From IMG/VR virus record IMGVR_UViG_3300022602_000027: a stretch of DNA of 64,000 bases; one strand, written 5' to 3'. This DNA comes from a virus. Its lineage: Duplodnaviria; Caudoviricetes. Under the pieces are notes generated by a model, which did no database searches, was not told the origin of the DNA, and saw nothing but the letters and a program-made list of their open reading frames with translations. Position 1 is the first letter of the stretch, and each line of letters opens with the position of its first letter. The translations under genes and the position numbers were made by a program. This document shows, in pieces, positions 55,404 through 64,000 of this stretch.

Positions 55404-58400
55404 ATGAGTTCAACATCAAGACAAAATAACCTGCTACTTGCAGAAGATTGGCAAAAAATATATCAAAGTTTTAGAAATGCAGATTTCCAAAGCTATGATT
55501 TTGACAACCTTCGTCGTACGATGATTGATTATATCCGTACAAATTTTCCAGAAGATTTTAACGATTATGTCGAGTCTAGCGAATACCTTGCCCTAATTGA
55601 TCTTATTGCTTATGTTGGACAAAATATTGCTTTTCGTGCAGATTTAAATGCTCGTGAAAACTTTTTAGAATTAGCAGAGCGCCGTGATAGCGTATTACGT
55701 TTAGCACGTTTAATCAGCTATAACGCCAGCAGAAACGTAGCGGCTCAAGGCTTGTTAAAGTTTACAACAGTACAAACAACAGAGAATGTTCTTGACAGTA
55801 ATGGTAGAGATTTAGCTGGACAATATATCTCTTGGAACGACAGCAGTAATCCTAATTGGTACGACCAATTTATTAGAATTTTAAATGCGGCATTCCCGCA
55901 AACACAGCAATTTGGTAACCCGGCAGATTCAGCAACTATCTATGGAACTCCGACTGCTCAATACAGATTTAATGCAAATAACACAGATGTGCCAGTATAT
56001 TCGTTTACAAAAACTGTAGCTGGACGTGGAATGGATTTTGAAATAACCAGTACTACATTTACAGGTGAAACATTTATCTATGAAGAACCACCTAAGATTG
56101 CTAATCAAATTGCATGTATCTATAAAGACGATGGCTACGGTGCTGGCAGTCCAGGAACAGGATTCTTTTTTAATTTTACTCAAGGTACATTAAACACCGG
56201 CACATTTAATATTACTAATCCTAGTACTAATGAGTCAATTGATATTGATACACAAAATATTAATAACTCAGATGTATGGTTGTATCAATTAAGTCAAACA
56301 TCTGGTCTTGAATCAACTTTGTGGACAAATATTCCTGCACTAACAGGCAACAACGTTATATATAATTCTCTTAATCAGTCAACCAGCACAGTATATGCAG
56401 TTACTACACGAGTAGGTGATGCTGTTAGTTTAAATTTTGCTGACGGTGTCTTTGGTGAATTGCCAAACGGAAACTTTAGAGTTTATTATAGAATTAGTAA
56501 TGGATTAACTTATACAATTAATCCAGCAGACATTGTTAACGTATCTGTGGCTATTCCTTATACTTCTGCGCTAGGTACTCCTGAAACATTAACAGTTAGT
56601 TTAAGTTTAGCAAGCTCTGTAATTAATGCAACAGCATCGGAAACTAATGCCAGCATTAAACAAAATGCTCCTCAAACATATTATACACAAAACCGTATGA
56701 TTACCGGCGAGGACTATAATATTAGTCCGTTGGCCGCCAACTTACAAGTTGCTAAAGTTAAAACTATTAACAGAACATCAAGTGGTATTAGTCGTTATTT
56801 TGATCTAACAGATCCTACCGGCAAGTATAGTAGTACTAATTTATTTGCAGATGACGGTGTATTATATCAACAAGAATATACAACTGGTACAACTTTTTCT
56901 GCATCAGGAACTCAAGTTGATGCCGCATACGTACAAGGTATTATTGATAATACTGTATTGCCTATCCTTGAAGATCCAAATCTTAGAAACTTCTTTTATT
57001 CAAATTTTGTAACTTATACTGCGGCTAGTTTAAATGTTTCTTGGTACCAAGTTACTAAAGACAGTAATTCATCTAGCGGATATATTGGCGGAACAACAAG
57101 TGGCACACCATTTGCTGTAGGTTCATATACTTTAACAGACTTATCATTTATTACATCCGGTGCTTTAATTAAATTTACTGCGCCTTCATATACTGATAGT
57201 GTTACAGGAATTACATACTATTACGGTTATTTTAATACAAAGCAAAATAATGCATACGTGACATTTGCTAATCCATCATTAGCTAGTGCAGTTCCTTCAA
57301 ACGGAGTATTATATCTATGGGCTAGAGTAATTTCTGTAAACGGTGACGGAACAGCAAGCGGCACTGGAACATTATCAACTGGGTTTGGTCCAATTGTACT
57401 AAGCAAAGTTATACCTAAGAAAGCAGTAATTTCAGAAGTAATTCCTGAGTTTTCAACATCACTAACAGCAAGTGTTCAGACATCGATGATTGACTTAATT
57501 CTTAGTAACTCAACATTTGGTCTACGCTATGATGCTAGTTCAACTAGCTGGCAAATTGTATTTGAACAAAATCTTAATACTACAACACCTTTTAATTTGC
57601 AATATCAAGGAAATAACACAAACACACAACTAGATGCTAGTTGGATATTGTTATTCAGTACCGATACTTTAACTTATACAATTACAGAACGTACAGTTCG
57701 TTATATTTTTGAAAGTGATGCAGAAGTAACATTTTATTTTGATGACAGCGTAAAAATTTATGACATAGTTGGATCTAATACAGTAACTGACACAGTGAAA
57801 GTATTAAACATTAATCCACAACCTGATAGTGTATTTCCACTTACAGTTGATTATCCATGGCAAGTAGTTTCTGAATACATTGGACAAGATGGATATATTG
57901 ACCCTAAAAAAGTTGTAGTAACATTTGCAGATCCTACTAATAGCGGAGTAGTTGATAATCCACAACAATTTATTGATATTGTATCTCCATCAACTAATAC
58001 TGCATACAAATATATTGTAGAAAAGAAATATGAAATAACATCAGGACAAGAAGATTACAAGTATGTTGTTAACAACCCATTAACAGGACCTGTAATTATT
58101 TTTAGTACTATAAGTGCATCTTATCCTTTAAGTCAATGGACTACTGGACAGTATTTTTATTTTGAAGATACACAAATTGTTATGCAATATGTTCCAAGCA
58201 ATACTACTTCACAATTACAGCCTACATTAGATTATAAAGTTTATGTTGGCCGTGATGGATTACGTTTCCAATATGTTCATAGTGCAGATTATGATAGTCG
58301 TATCGATCCAGGCGCAAGCAATATTATGGATGTATATGTGTTGACATATAGTTACGATACTGCATTTAGACAATGGGCCGCAACTGGAGGTAGTGGTACT

Positions 58401-58943
58401 GAGCCATTACCGCCAAGTCAATATGAATTAAACACATTACTATCACCTAATTTAAATCTAATTAAATCTATTAGTGATGAAATTGTTTACCATCCTGTGA
58501 ATTATACATTGTTGTTTGGCAATTTAGCTGATCCTAATTTCCAAGCAACATTTGAAGTTATGATTAATCCTAGTTCAGCAGTAAGTTCAGCAAATGTTAC
58601 TGCTCGAGTACTAACAGCAATTAATGAATTTTTTGCACTTGAAAACTGGGACTTTGGTGATACATTTTACTTTACAGAATTATCAACTTATGTAATGAAT
58701 CAACTAGCACCAGATATTATTACGTTTGTTATTGTTCCTGCACAAACAGGACAATACTTTGGTAGTCTATTTGAAATTAAATGTCCTAACAATAGTATAT
58801 TCTTAAGTTGCGCTACAACAGCAAATATACAAGTAGTATCAGGCTTAACTTCAACAAATCTTAAAACTGTAACAGGAACTGCGTTAGCGGCAACTGTAGC
58901 TAGCCAACAAATTACTAGCGCAAATTATGGGGCAAATAGTTAA
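55404..58943 (+). CDS. gp6: Baseplate wedge protein, gp6-like (1179 aa)
   Basis: DFDNLR..MI.Y, NARENFL..A.RR.SVLRLA..I.Y, ET..SIK.NAP..Y..QNR.IT..DY and F...NWDFG motifs. Confidence 0.9.
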   Translation: MSSTSRQNNLLLAEDWQKIYQSFRNADFQSYDFDNLRRTMIDYIRTNFPEDFNDYVESSEYLALIDLIAYVGQNIAFRADLNARENFLELAERRDSVLRLARLISYNASRNVAAQGLLKFTTVQTTENVLDSNGRDLAGQYISWNDSSNPNWYDQFIRILNAAFPQTQQFGNPADSATIYGTPTAQYRFNANNTDVPVYSFTKTVAGRGMDFEITSTTFTGETFIYEEPPKIANQIACIYKDDGYGAGSPGTGFFFNFTQGTLNTGTFNITNPSTNESIDIDTQNINNSDVWLYQLSQTSGLESTLWTNIPALTGNNVIYNSLNQSTSTVYAVTTRVGDAVSLNFADGVFGELPNGNFRVYYRISNGLTYTINPADIVNVSVAIPYTSALGTPETLTVSLSLASSVINATASETNASIKQNAPQTYYTQNRMITGEDYNISPLAANLQVAKVKTINRTSSGISRYFDLTDPTGKYSSTNLFADDGVLYQQEYTTGTTFSASGTQVDAAYVQGIIDNTVLPILEDPNLRNFFYSNFVTYTAASLNVSWYQVTKDSNSSSGYIGGTTSGTPFAVGSYTLTDLSFITSGALIKFTAPSYTDSVTGITYYYGYFNTKQNNAYVTFANPSLASAVPSNGVLYLWARVISVNGDGTASGTGTLSTGFGPIVLSKVIPKKAVISEVIPEFSTSLTASVQTSMIDLILSNSTFGLRYDASSTSWQIVFEQNLNTTTPFNLQYQGNNTNTQLDASWILLFSTDTLTYTITERTVRYIFESDAEVTFYFDDSVKIYDIVGSNTVTDTVKVLNINPQPDSVFPLTVDYPWQVVSEYIGQDGYIDPKKVVVTFADPTNSGVVDNPQQFIDIVSPSTNTAYKYIVEKKYEITSGQEDYKYVVNNPLTGPVIIFSTISASYPLSQWTTGQYFYFEDTQIVMQYVPSNTTSQLQPTLDYKVYVGRDGLRFQYVHSADYDSRIDPGASNIMDVYVLTYSYDTAFRQWAATGGSGTEPLPPSQYELNTLLSPNLNLIKSISDEIVYHPVNYTLLFGNLADPNFQATFEVMINPSSAVSSANVTARVLTAINEFFALENWDFGDTFYFTELSTYVMNQLAPDIITFVIVPAQTGQYFGSLFEIKCPNNSIFLSCATTANIQVVSGLTSTNLKTVTGTALAATVASQQITSANYGANS

Positions 58944-61900
58944 TGGCAACAAACGGCAACATCCCAATGGGTAACACCGGACTAGGTGTAAACTTTCTTC
59001 CAGACTTTTATCAAACTCCTGCGAATAAAAAATTCTTACAAGCAACTATTGATCAGTTATTTCAACCAGGTACGATAACTAAAACTAGTGGATTTATTGG
59101 AAGAGAAAACGCCAAAGCAGCCACTGGTGCTGATGTGTATATTCCAGCGGCTACTACATCTAGACAAAATTATCAATTAGAGCCTGGAATGGTAATTAAA
59201 GATTCATTAGGCAATGTAACATTTTTTAAAGACTATCAAGACTATATCAATCAGTTGACTGTATTTGGAGCTAACACTAGTAACCATGCAAGATTAAACA
59301 AACAAGAAATGTATTCTTGGGATCCGCATATTAACTGGGACAAATTTGTTAATTTCCAAGATTACTATTGGATGCCTTATGGCCCAGATGTTATTAAAAT
59401 TTATGGACAGCAACAAAATGCAGTCAGTACATATACTGTAGAAATTCAATCAGAGGGTAATGTTAACGAGTATTTGTTTACTCCTAACGGGTTTGATCTT
59501 AATCCTACAATAAAATTATATCGTGGACAAACTTATAATTTTAATATTACAAGCCCAGCAAATCCATTTAGTATTAAAACATCAAGAACTGCCGGAACTG
59601 GCGATCGCTATACTGTAGGTGTTAGTGATAATGCCGTTTTAACTGGCATCTTAACTTTTACCGTACCTATTGATGCACCTGATATTTTATACTATCAAAG
59701 TGAATCAGATTCATACTTAGGCGGTGCAATTGAAATTTATGATTACAAAGATAATTCTGCTATTGATGTTGAAAATGAAGTAATTGGAAAACAGTCTTAT
59801 AAATTAAACGATGGCACACAATTAAGCAACGGAATGAAAGTTTCCTTTGGAGGAAACGTTACACCTGCTAGTTACTCTAAAGGCAATTTTTATGTTGAAG
59901 GAGTAGGTGTTGCTATAAAATTAATACCTGAAACAATTTTAGAAATTGTTAGTCCTTATACTACAAATGAATCAATAGAATTTGACGCGACGGCATTTGA
60001 TACACAGCCGTTTGATGATGCTACAGGCTTTGCTACATTGCAAGATTATGTAGTTATTAATCGTGCCAGCCGAGATCATAACCCATGGAGTCGTTACAAT
60101 CGTTGGTTCCATAAGGATGTAATATCAGCGTCAGCTTTGTATAACAATGATTCAATTTCATTAGATCAAACAGCTCGAGCAACTAGACCAATTATTGAAT
60201 TCCAAGCAGATCTTAAATTGTTCAATATGGGAACAACGGCAATCATTGATATTGATTTAGTTGATGATTTTACTACTAACGTATTTTCAACTATTGAAGG
60301 ATCACGTGGTTATAATATTGACGGTGTTCCGTTAGTACACGGACAAAAAATAATATTCTTAGCAGATACCGATCCTCTTGTACAAAATAATATTTACGAA
60401 GTAGGAGTTGTTAACATCAACGGCTACAATCAAATAACATTAACACAAATTGCTTCTCCAACATTGAATGAATCAGCGTTAGTTTTACAAGGGGCAAAAA
60501 ATCAAAGTTTAATGTACTGGTATAACGGTAGCAACTGGGTTAAAGGACAACAAAAAACATCAACTAATCAAGCACCGCTATTTGATATAGTAGATGACAA
60601 TGGTGTAAGTTATGGAGATACTTCTGTATACACCGGATCTACTTTTACAGGTACTAAATTATTTTCTTATGCAGTTGGTACCGGTGTCAATGATGTTGTA
60701 TTAGGATTTCCATTAAGCTATCAAAACGTTGCTAATATTGGAGATATAGTATTTCAGTTTGATTTAGCAACTGATACTTTTGATTACAAATTAAGTTCTC
60801 AGCTAATGACTAGTAAAGTAGCGGCTGGATACTTAGTTAGTTCTGACTACGCAGGAAATCCTGTATATGTAAACGGCTGGCAAATTTGTAATACTACAAC
60901 ATTACAAGCCGCTGTAAGAATCTATAAAAATTCTGGATTAACAAATAATTTTAATATTGACATTTATGATGATGTTAATAATCTTAGTGATTTAACTGTA
61001 AAAATTTATGTAAATGGAATTAGATTAGATTCAACTTTGTGGACATTAGTAAAAGGTACCGCCTATTATACCGTAGTCTTAAACACATCTATTAAAACAA
61101 CAGATGTTTTAACAATTCGTTCTTTTGCTAGTCAGCCAGTTAACTCTAATGGGTATTACGAAATACCTACTAATTTACAAAACAATCCTTTAAATGCAGA
61201 TATTGGTACATTTACTTTAGGTGAAGTTACTGACCATGTGTCTAGTATAATTGATAATTTGCCTTCTAACGAATTTTTAGGAGTCTTTCCAGGCGATGGA
61301 AACTTAAGAGATTTAGGTAACATTACTCAATATGGTACAAAATTTGTACAACACAGCGGCCCTCTAAGTCTTGCAATGTATCATATTGCATCAGAAACAA
61401 ATAATATTATCAAGGCTCTAGAAACTGCTAGAGATGATTATAATAGCTTCAAACGAAATTTTATTGAAATTGCTAGCTCATTAGGTGTTGACGGTGATAC
61501 TGTTCAATTAATTGAATTAATTATGCAAAAAATTAATTCAAACAGACCTAATACTGCACCTTACTATTTTAGTGATATGGTTCCATACGGAGCAAATGTT
61601 TCTACTGATTTAACTGTTGTTGATTATAGAATAAAAACATATCCATTGTCTAACGCATTTTCTTTAGATACATTATCTAATAAAGCAGTTGGCGTTTATT
61701 TAAATGGATCTCAATTGGTATATCAAAGAGATTATACATTTAATAGTCAAGGATTTATAGAAATATCTAGTAGCGTAGCAATGAATAACGGAGACACAAT
61801 TACCACAGTTGAATATGAATCAACTGACGGTTGTTTTGTTCCAGCAACTCCTACTAAATTAGGTTTATGGCCTGCATATATCCCACAGATTTATTTAGAT

Positions 61901-64000
61901 ACTACTTTACTTGATCCGATTGAAGTAATACAAGGACACGATGGCAGTATTATTGCCGCTTACGGTGACTACAGAGATGCATTAATATTAGAACTAGAAT
62001 TACGAATCTACAATAATATTAAAGTAAAATACGATTCAAATATTTTTGATGTAAACGACATCATTCCTGGATACAGCAGAACTAATGATTATTCTCTTGC
62101 AGAATTTAATCAAGTACTTGCACCTAATTTTTATCAGTGGGCTGGTTTAGTTGGAGTTGACTTTACTAAACCTTTAAGTTATGATCGTTCAAACACGTTT
62201 ACTTATAACTATTCAGGCGATTCTGCTCCAAATCAAGCCGCTACTCCCGGATTCTGGAGAGGCATATATCGTTGGATGTTAGATACAGATCGTCCACATC
62301 TATGTCCTTGGGAGATGTTAGGATTTAGTACTGAACCATCTTGGTGGACTTCTGTATACGGACCTGCTCCATATACCAGCGATAACTTAATTTTATGGAC
62401 AGATTTATCTACTGGAACTATAAGAGAACCTGGCGTTCCTGTTATTACTGTAGACAAATATGCTAGACCATTTTTGTTAAATTATTTGCCAGTTAACGAG
62501 AACGGTGATTTATTAAGTCCTATTCGTTCTGGATTAGCACAAGGTGTAATAACAGAAAGCACTGGAAACGATTTTGTATTTGGCGATGTAAGCCCGATAG
62601 AAGCCGCATGGAGACGTAGTAGTTACTATCCATTTGGTGTAATAATTTCTTCAATGTTATTGACTCCTGCAAAAACTTTTGGTTTATTGTTAGATAGATC
62701 AAGAGTCGTGCGTAACAAAGCTGGACAACTAGTTTATAAAGATACTAATCTACGTATTCAACCTTCGGATATTTTAATCCCAAGCATTTATTCTAGTACA
62801 ACTAGAGTGCAAACTGCTGGTATTGTAAATTATGTAGTTGATCTTATTTTAAATATTATTTTTAGTAACAATCAAAATTCTTACAATTCTTATCAGTCTG
62901 ATTTAAAATTAATTACTCCACAATTAAGTTACAGAGTTGGATCATTTACAAATCAAAATCAATTTAATTTGTTGCTTGAAAGTAAAACTCCGTCAGCAAC
63001 TGGTAGTGTGTTTATTCCAAAAGAAAGTTATCAAGTATTTTTAAATTCTTCAAACCCTACTAAAAAAATCACATACAGTGGTGTAGTTATTACAAAATTA
63101 TCTACAGGATTTGAAGTTAAAGGTTATAGCAAATCTCAACCTTACTTTAATTATTACAGTTATATTTCATCAGGAACTGCTATTAACATAGGCGGAATTT
63201 CTGAAAGCGTTGCAACCTGGACACAAGGACAACAATATATTGTTGGGCAAGTAGTACAATATGGAAATGCATATTATAGAACAACTGTTAAAAATGTAGC
63301 AGGCGTATCTTTTGACAAAACAATGTTTACTCAGTTGCCCAGCCTTCCAATAGTGGGCGGAGTTACTGCAATATTTAGAGACACATGGAATAAAAATACT
63401 TTAAATGTTGCTCCTTACGGAACACAATTTGCTACTGTACAAGAAGTTGTAGATTTCTTATTAGGATATGAACAATATTTAATTGACCAAGGATTCGTAT
63501 TTGATGACTTCAATGGAAATTTAAATGCAGTTACCAACTGGTCAACTAGTGCAAAAGAATTTATGTTCTGGACTACACAAAATTGGGCCGGTGGACAAAC
63601 ACTATGGACTGATTGGTTACCAAACCAACTGTATAGTTACGGAACTATAGTTCGATACAATGGCGAATACTACAGTGCTCAGTATAATATTCCTGAGTTA
63701 GATACATTTGATACTACACAATGGATAGCATTGCCTGGATTAAGCAATGTAGGCAGTAGTGTAATTAGTTTGAGTCCGTCTGCAAATAAAATTACTTTTA
63801 CAACTGACTTAACAGTAGTTGATAATATCAGTAATCCGTTTAACAAATACGAAATATTTAAAGTAGACAGCACACCTTTACAACCAAGTGAGTTAGATAG
63901 TTATAGAGAAAACAATGTTGTAAGTTATAGTCCTCGAGGAACTGCTGGAATTTACTGTGCTAGTTTTTACTTAATACAAAATGAACATGTAGTAATTATA
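58943..64000 (+). CDS. Very large baseplate wedge-like protein (gp7-like), partial, at least 1686 codons
   Basis: ATG overlaps the gp6 stop (TAATG); starts MATNGNIPMG...LPDFYQT.ANKKFL.ATIDQL; in frame at every spot check and still open at 64000 (SFYLIQNEHVVII). Confidence 0.85.
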   Translation, partial: MATNGNIPMGNTGLGVNFLPDFYQTPANKKFLQATIDQLFQPGTITKTSGFIGRENAKAATGADVYIPAATTSRQNYQLEPGMVIKDSLGNVTFFKDYQDYINQLTVFGANTSNHARLNKQEMYSWDPHINWDKFVNFQDYYWMPYGPDVIKIYGQQQNAVSTYTVEIQSEGNVNEYLFTPNGFDLNPTIKLYRGQTYNFNITSPANPFSIKTSRTAGTGDRYTVGVSDNAVLTGILTFTVPIDAPDILYYQSESDSYLGGAIEIYDYKDNSAIDVENEVIGKQSYKLNDGTQLSNGMKVSFGGNVTPASYSKGNFYVEGVGVAIKLIPETILEIVSPYTTNESIEFDATAFDTQPFDDATGFATLQDYVVINRASRDHNPWSRYNRWFHKDVISASALYNNDSISLDQTARATRPIIEFQADLKLFNMGTTAIIDIDLVDDFTTNVFSTIEGSRGYNIDGVPLVHGQKIIFLADTDPLVQNNIYEVGVVNINGYNQITLTQIASPTLNESALVLQGAKNQSLMYWYNGSNWVKGQQKTSTNQAPLFDIVDDNGVSYGDTSVYTGSTFTGTKLFSYAVGTGVNDVVLGFPLSYQNVANIGDIVFQFDLATDTFDYKLSSQLMTSKVAAGYLVSSDYAGNPVYVNGWQICNTTTLQAAVRIYKNSGLTNNFNIDIYDDVNNLSDLTVKIYVNGIRLDSTLWTLVKGTAYYTVVLNTSIKTTDVLTIRSFASQPVNSNGYYEIPTNLQNNPLNADIGTFTLGEVTDHVSSIIDNLPSNEFLGVFPGDGNLRDLGNITQYGTKFVQHSGPLSLAMYHIASETNNIIKALETARDDYNSFKRNFIEIASSLGVDGDTVQLIELIMQKINSNRPNTAPYYFSDMVPYGANVSTDLTVVDYRIKTYPLSNAFSLDTLSNKAVGVYLNGSQLVYQRDYTFNSQGFIEISSSVAMNNGDTITTVEYESTDGCFVPATPTKLGLWPAYIPQIYLDTTLLDPIEVIQGHDGSIIAAYGDYRDALILELELRIYNNIKVKYDSNIFDVNDIIPGYSRTNDYSLAEFNQVLAPNFYQWAGLVGVDFTKPLSYDRSNTFTYNYSGDSAPNQAATPGFWRGIYRWMLDTDRPHLCPWEMLGFSTEPSWWTSVYGPAPYTSDNLILWTDLSTGTIREPGVPVITVDKYARPFLLNYLPVNENGDLLSPIRSGLAQGVITESTGNDFVFGDVSPIEAAWRRSSYYPFGVIISSMLLTPAKTFGLLLDRSRVVRNKAGQLVYKDTNLRIQPSDILIPSIYSSTTRVQTAGIVNYVVDLILNIIFSNNQNSYNSYQSDLKLITPQLSYRVGSFTNQNQFNLLLESKTPSATGSVFIPKESYQVFLNSSNPTKKITYSGVVITKLSTGFEVKGYSKSQPYFNYYSYISSGTAINIGGISESVATWTQGQQYIVGQVVQYGNAYYRTTVKNVAGVSFDKTMFTQLPSLPIVGGVTAIFRDTWNKNTLNVAPYGTQFATVQEVVDFLLGYEQYLIDQGFVFDDFNGNLNAVTNWSTSAKEFMFWTTQNWAGGQTLWTDWLPNQLYSYGTIVRYNGEYYSAQYNIPELDTFDTTQWIALPGLSNVGSSVISLSPSANKITFTTDLTVVDNISNPFNKYEIFKVDSTPLQPSELDSYRENNVVSYSPRGTAGIYCASFYLIQNEHVVII

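Noticed and set aside
1-64000. Stop-codon recoding (alternative genetic code)
   Set aside because: Genes tile the window in the standard code; 34 of the 37 complete frames I called end in TAA, and TGA (2) and TAG (1) act as ordinary stops
1-64000. CRISPR arrays, tRNA genes, integrase or transposase
   Set aside because: No regularly spaced repeats, cloverleaf/T-loop signatures or recombinase motifs were seen in the few intergenic gaps

Overview
This 64 kb window is part of the virion-structure region of a large, AT-rich, lytic T4-like (myovirus-type) phage read in the standard code. Minus strand, 1-43.7 kb, in transcription order: a membrane-like protein, a tape-measure-like protein, the head module (portal gp20, small and acidic core proteins, protease gp21, scaffold gp22, major capsid gp23), and about 34 kb of fibre/decoration genes. 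That block includes two giant paralogous proteins (3932 and 2893 aa) and three tandem glycine-rich adhesin-like paralogs. At 43.8-44.9 kb a gp26-like hub chaperone has a strongly supported -1 frameshift into a start-less gp51-like frame. At 44.9-49.7 kb a sigma70-promoted minus-strand operon runs gp55 late sigma, gp47, gp46, a small basic protein and a minimal GIY-YIG nuclease. It ends in about 450 nt of non-coding, heavily base-paired, pseudoknotted sequence. From 49.7 kb to the end is a plus-strand baseplate operon (gp48/54-like, gp53, hub, gp5, gp25, gp6, and a gp7-like ORF of at least 1686 codons missing from the ORF track). The best candidates for new biology are the GIY-YIG plus structured-RNA pair, the gp26/gp51 frameshift, a set of 60-80 aa modules inserted and nested across many virion genes, and two long structured leaders on late genes. 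All family assignments come from motif recognition by eye; no searches or folding programs were run.
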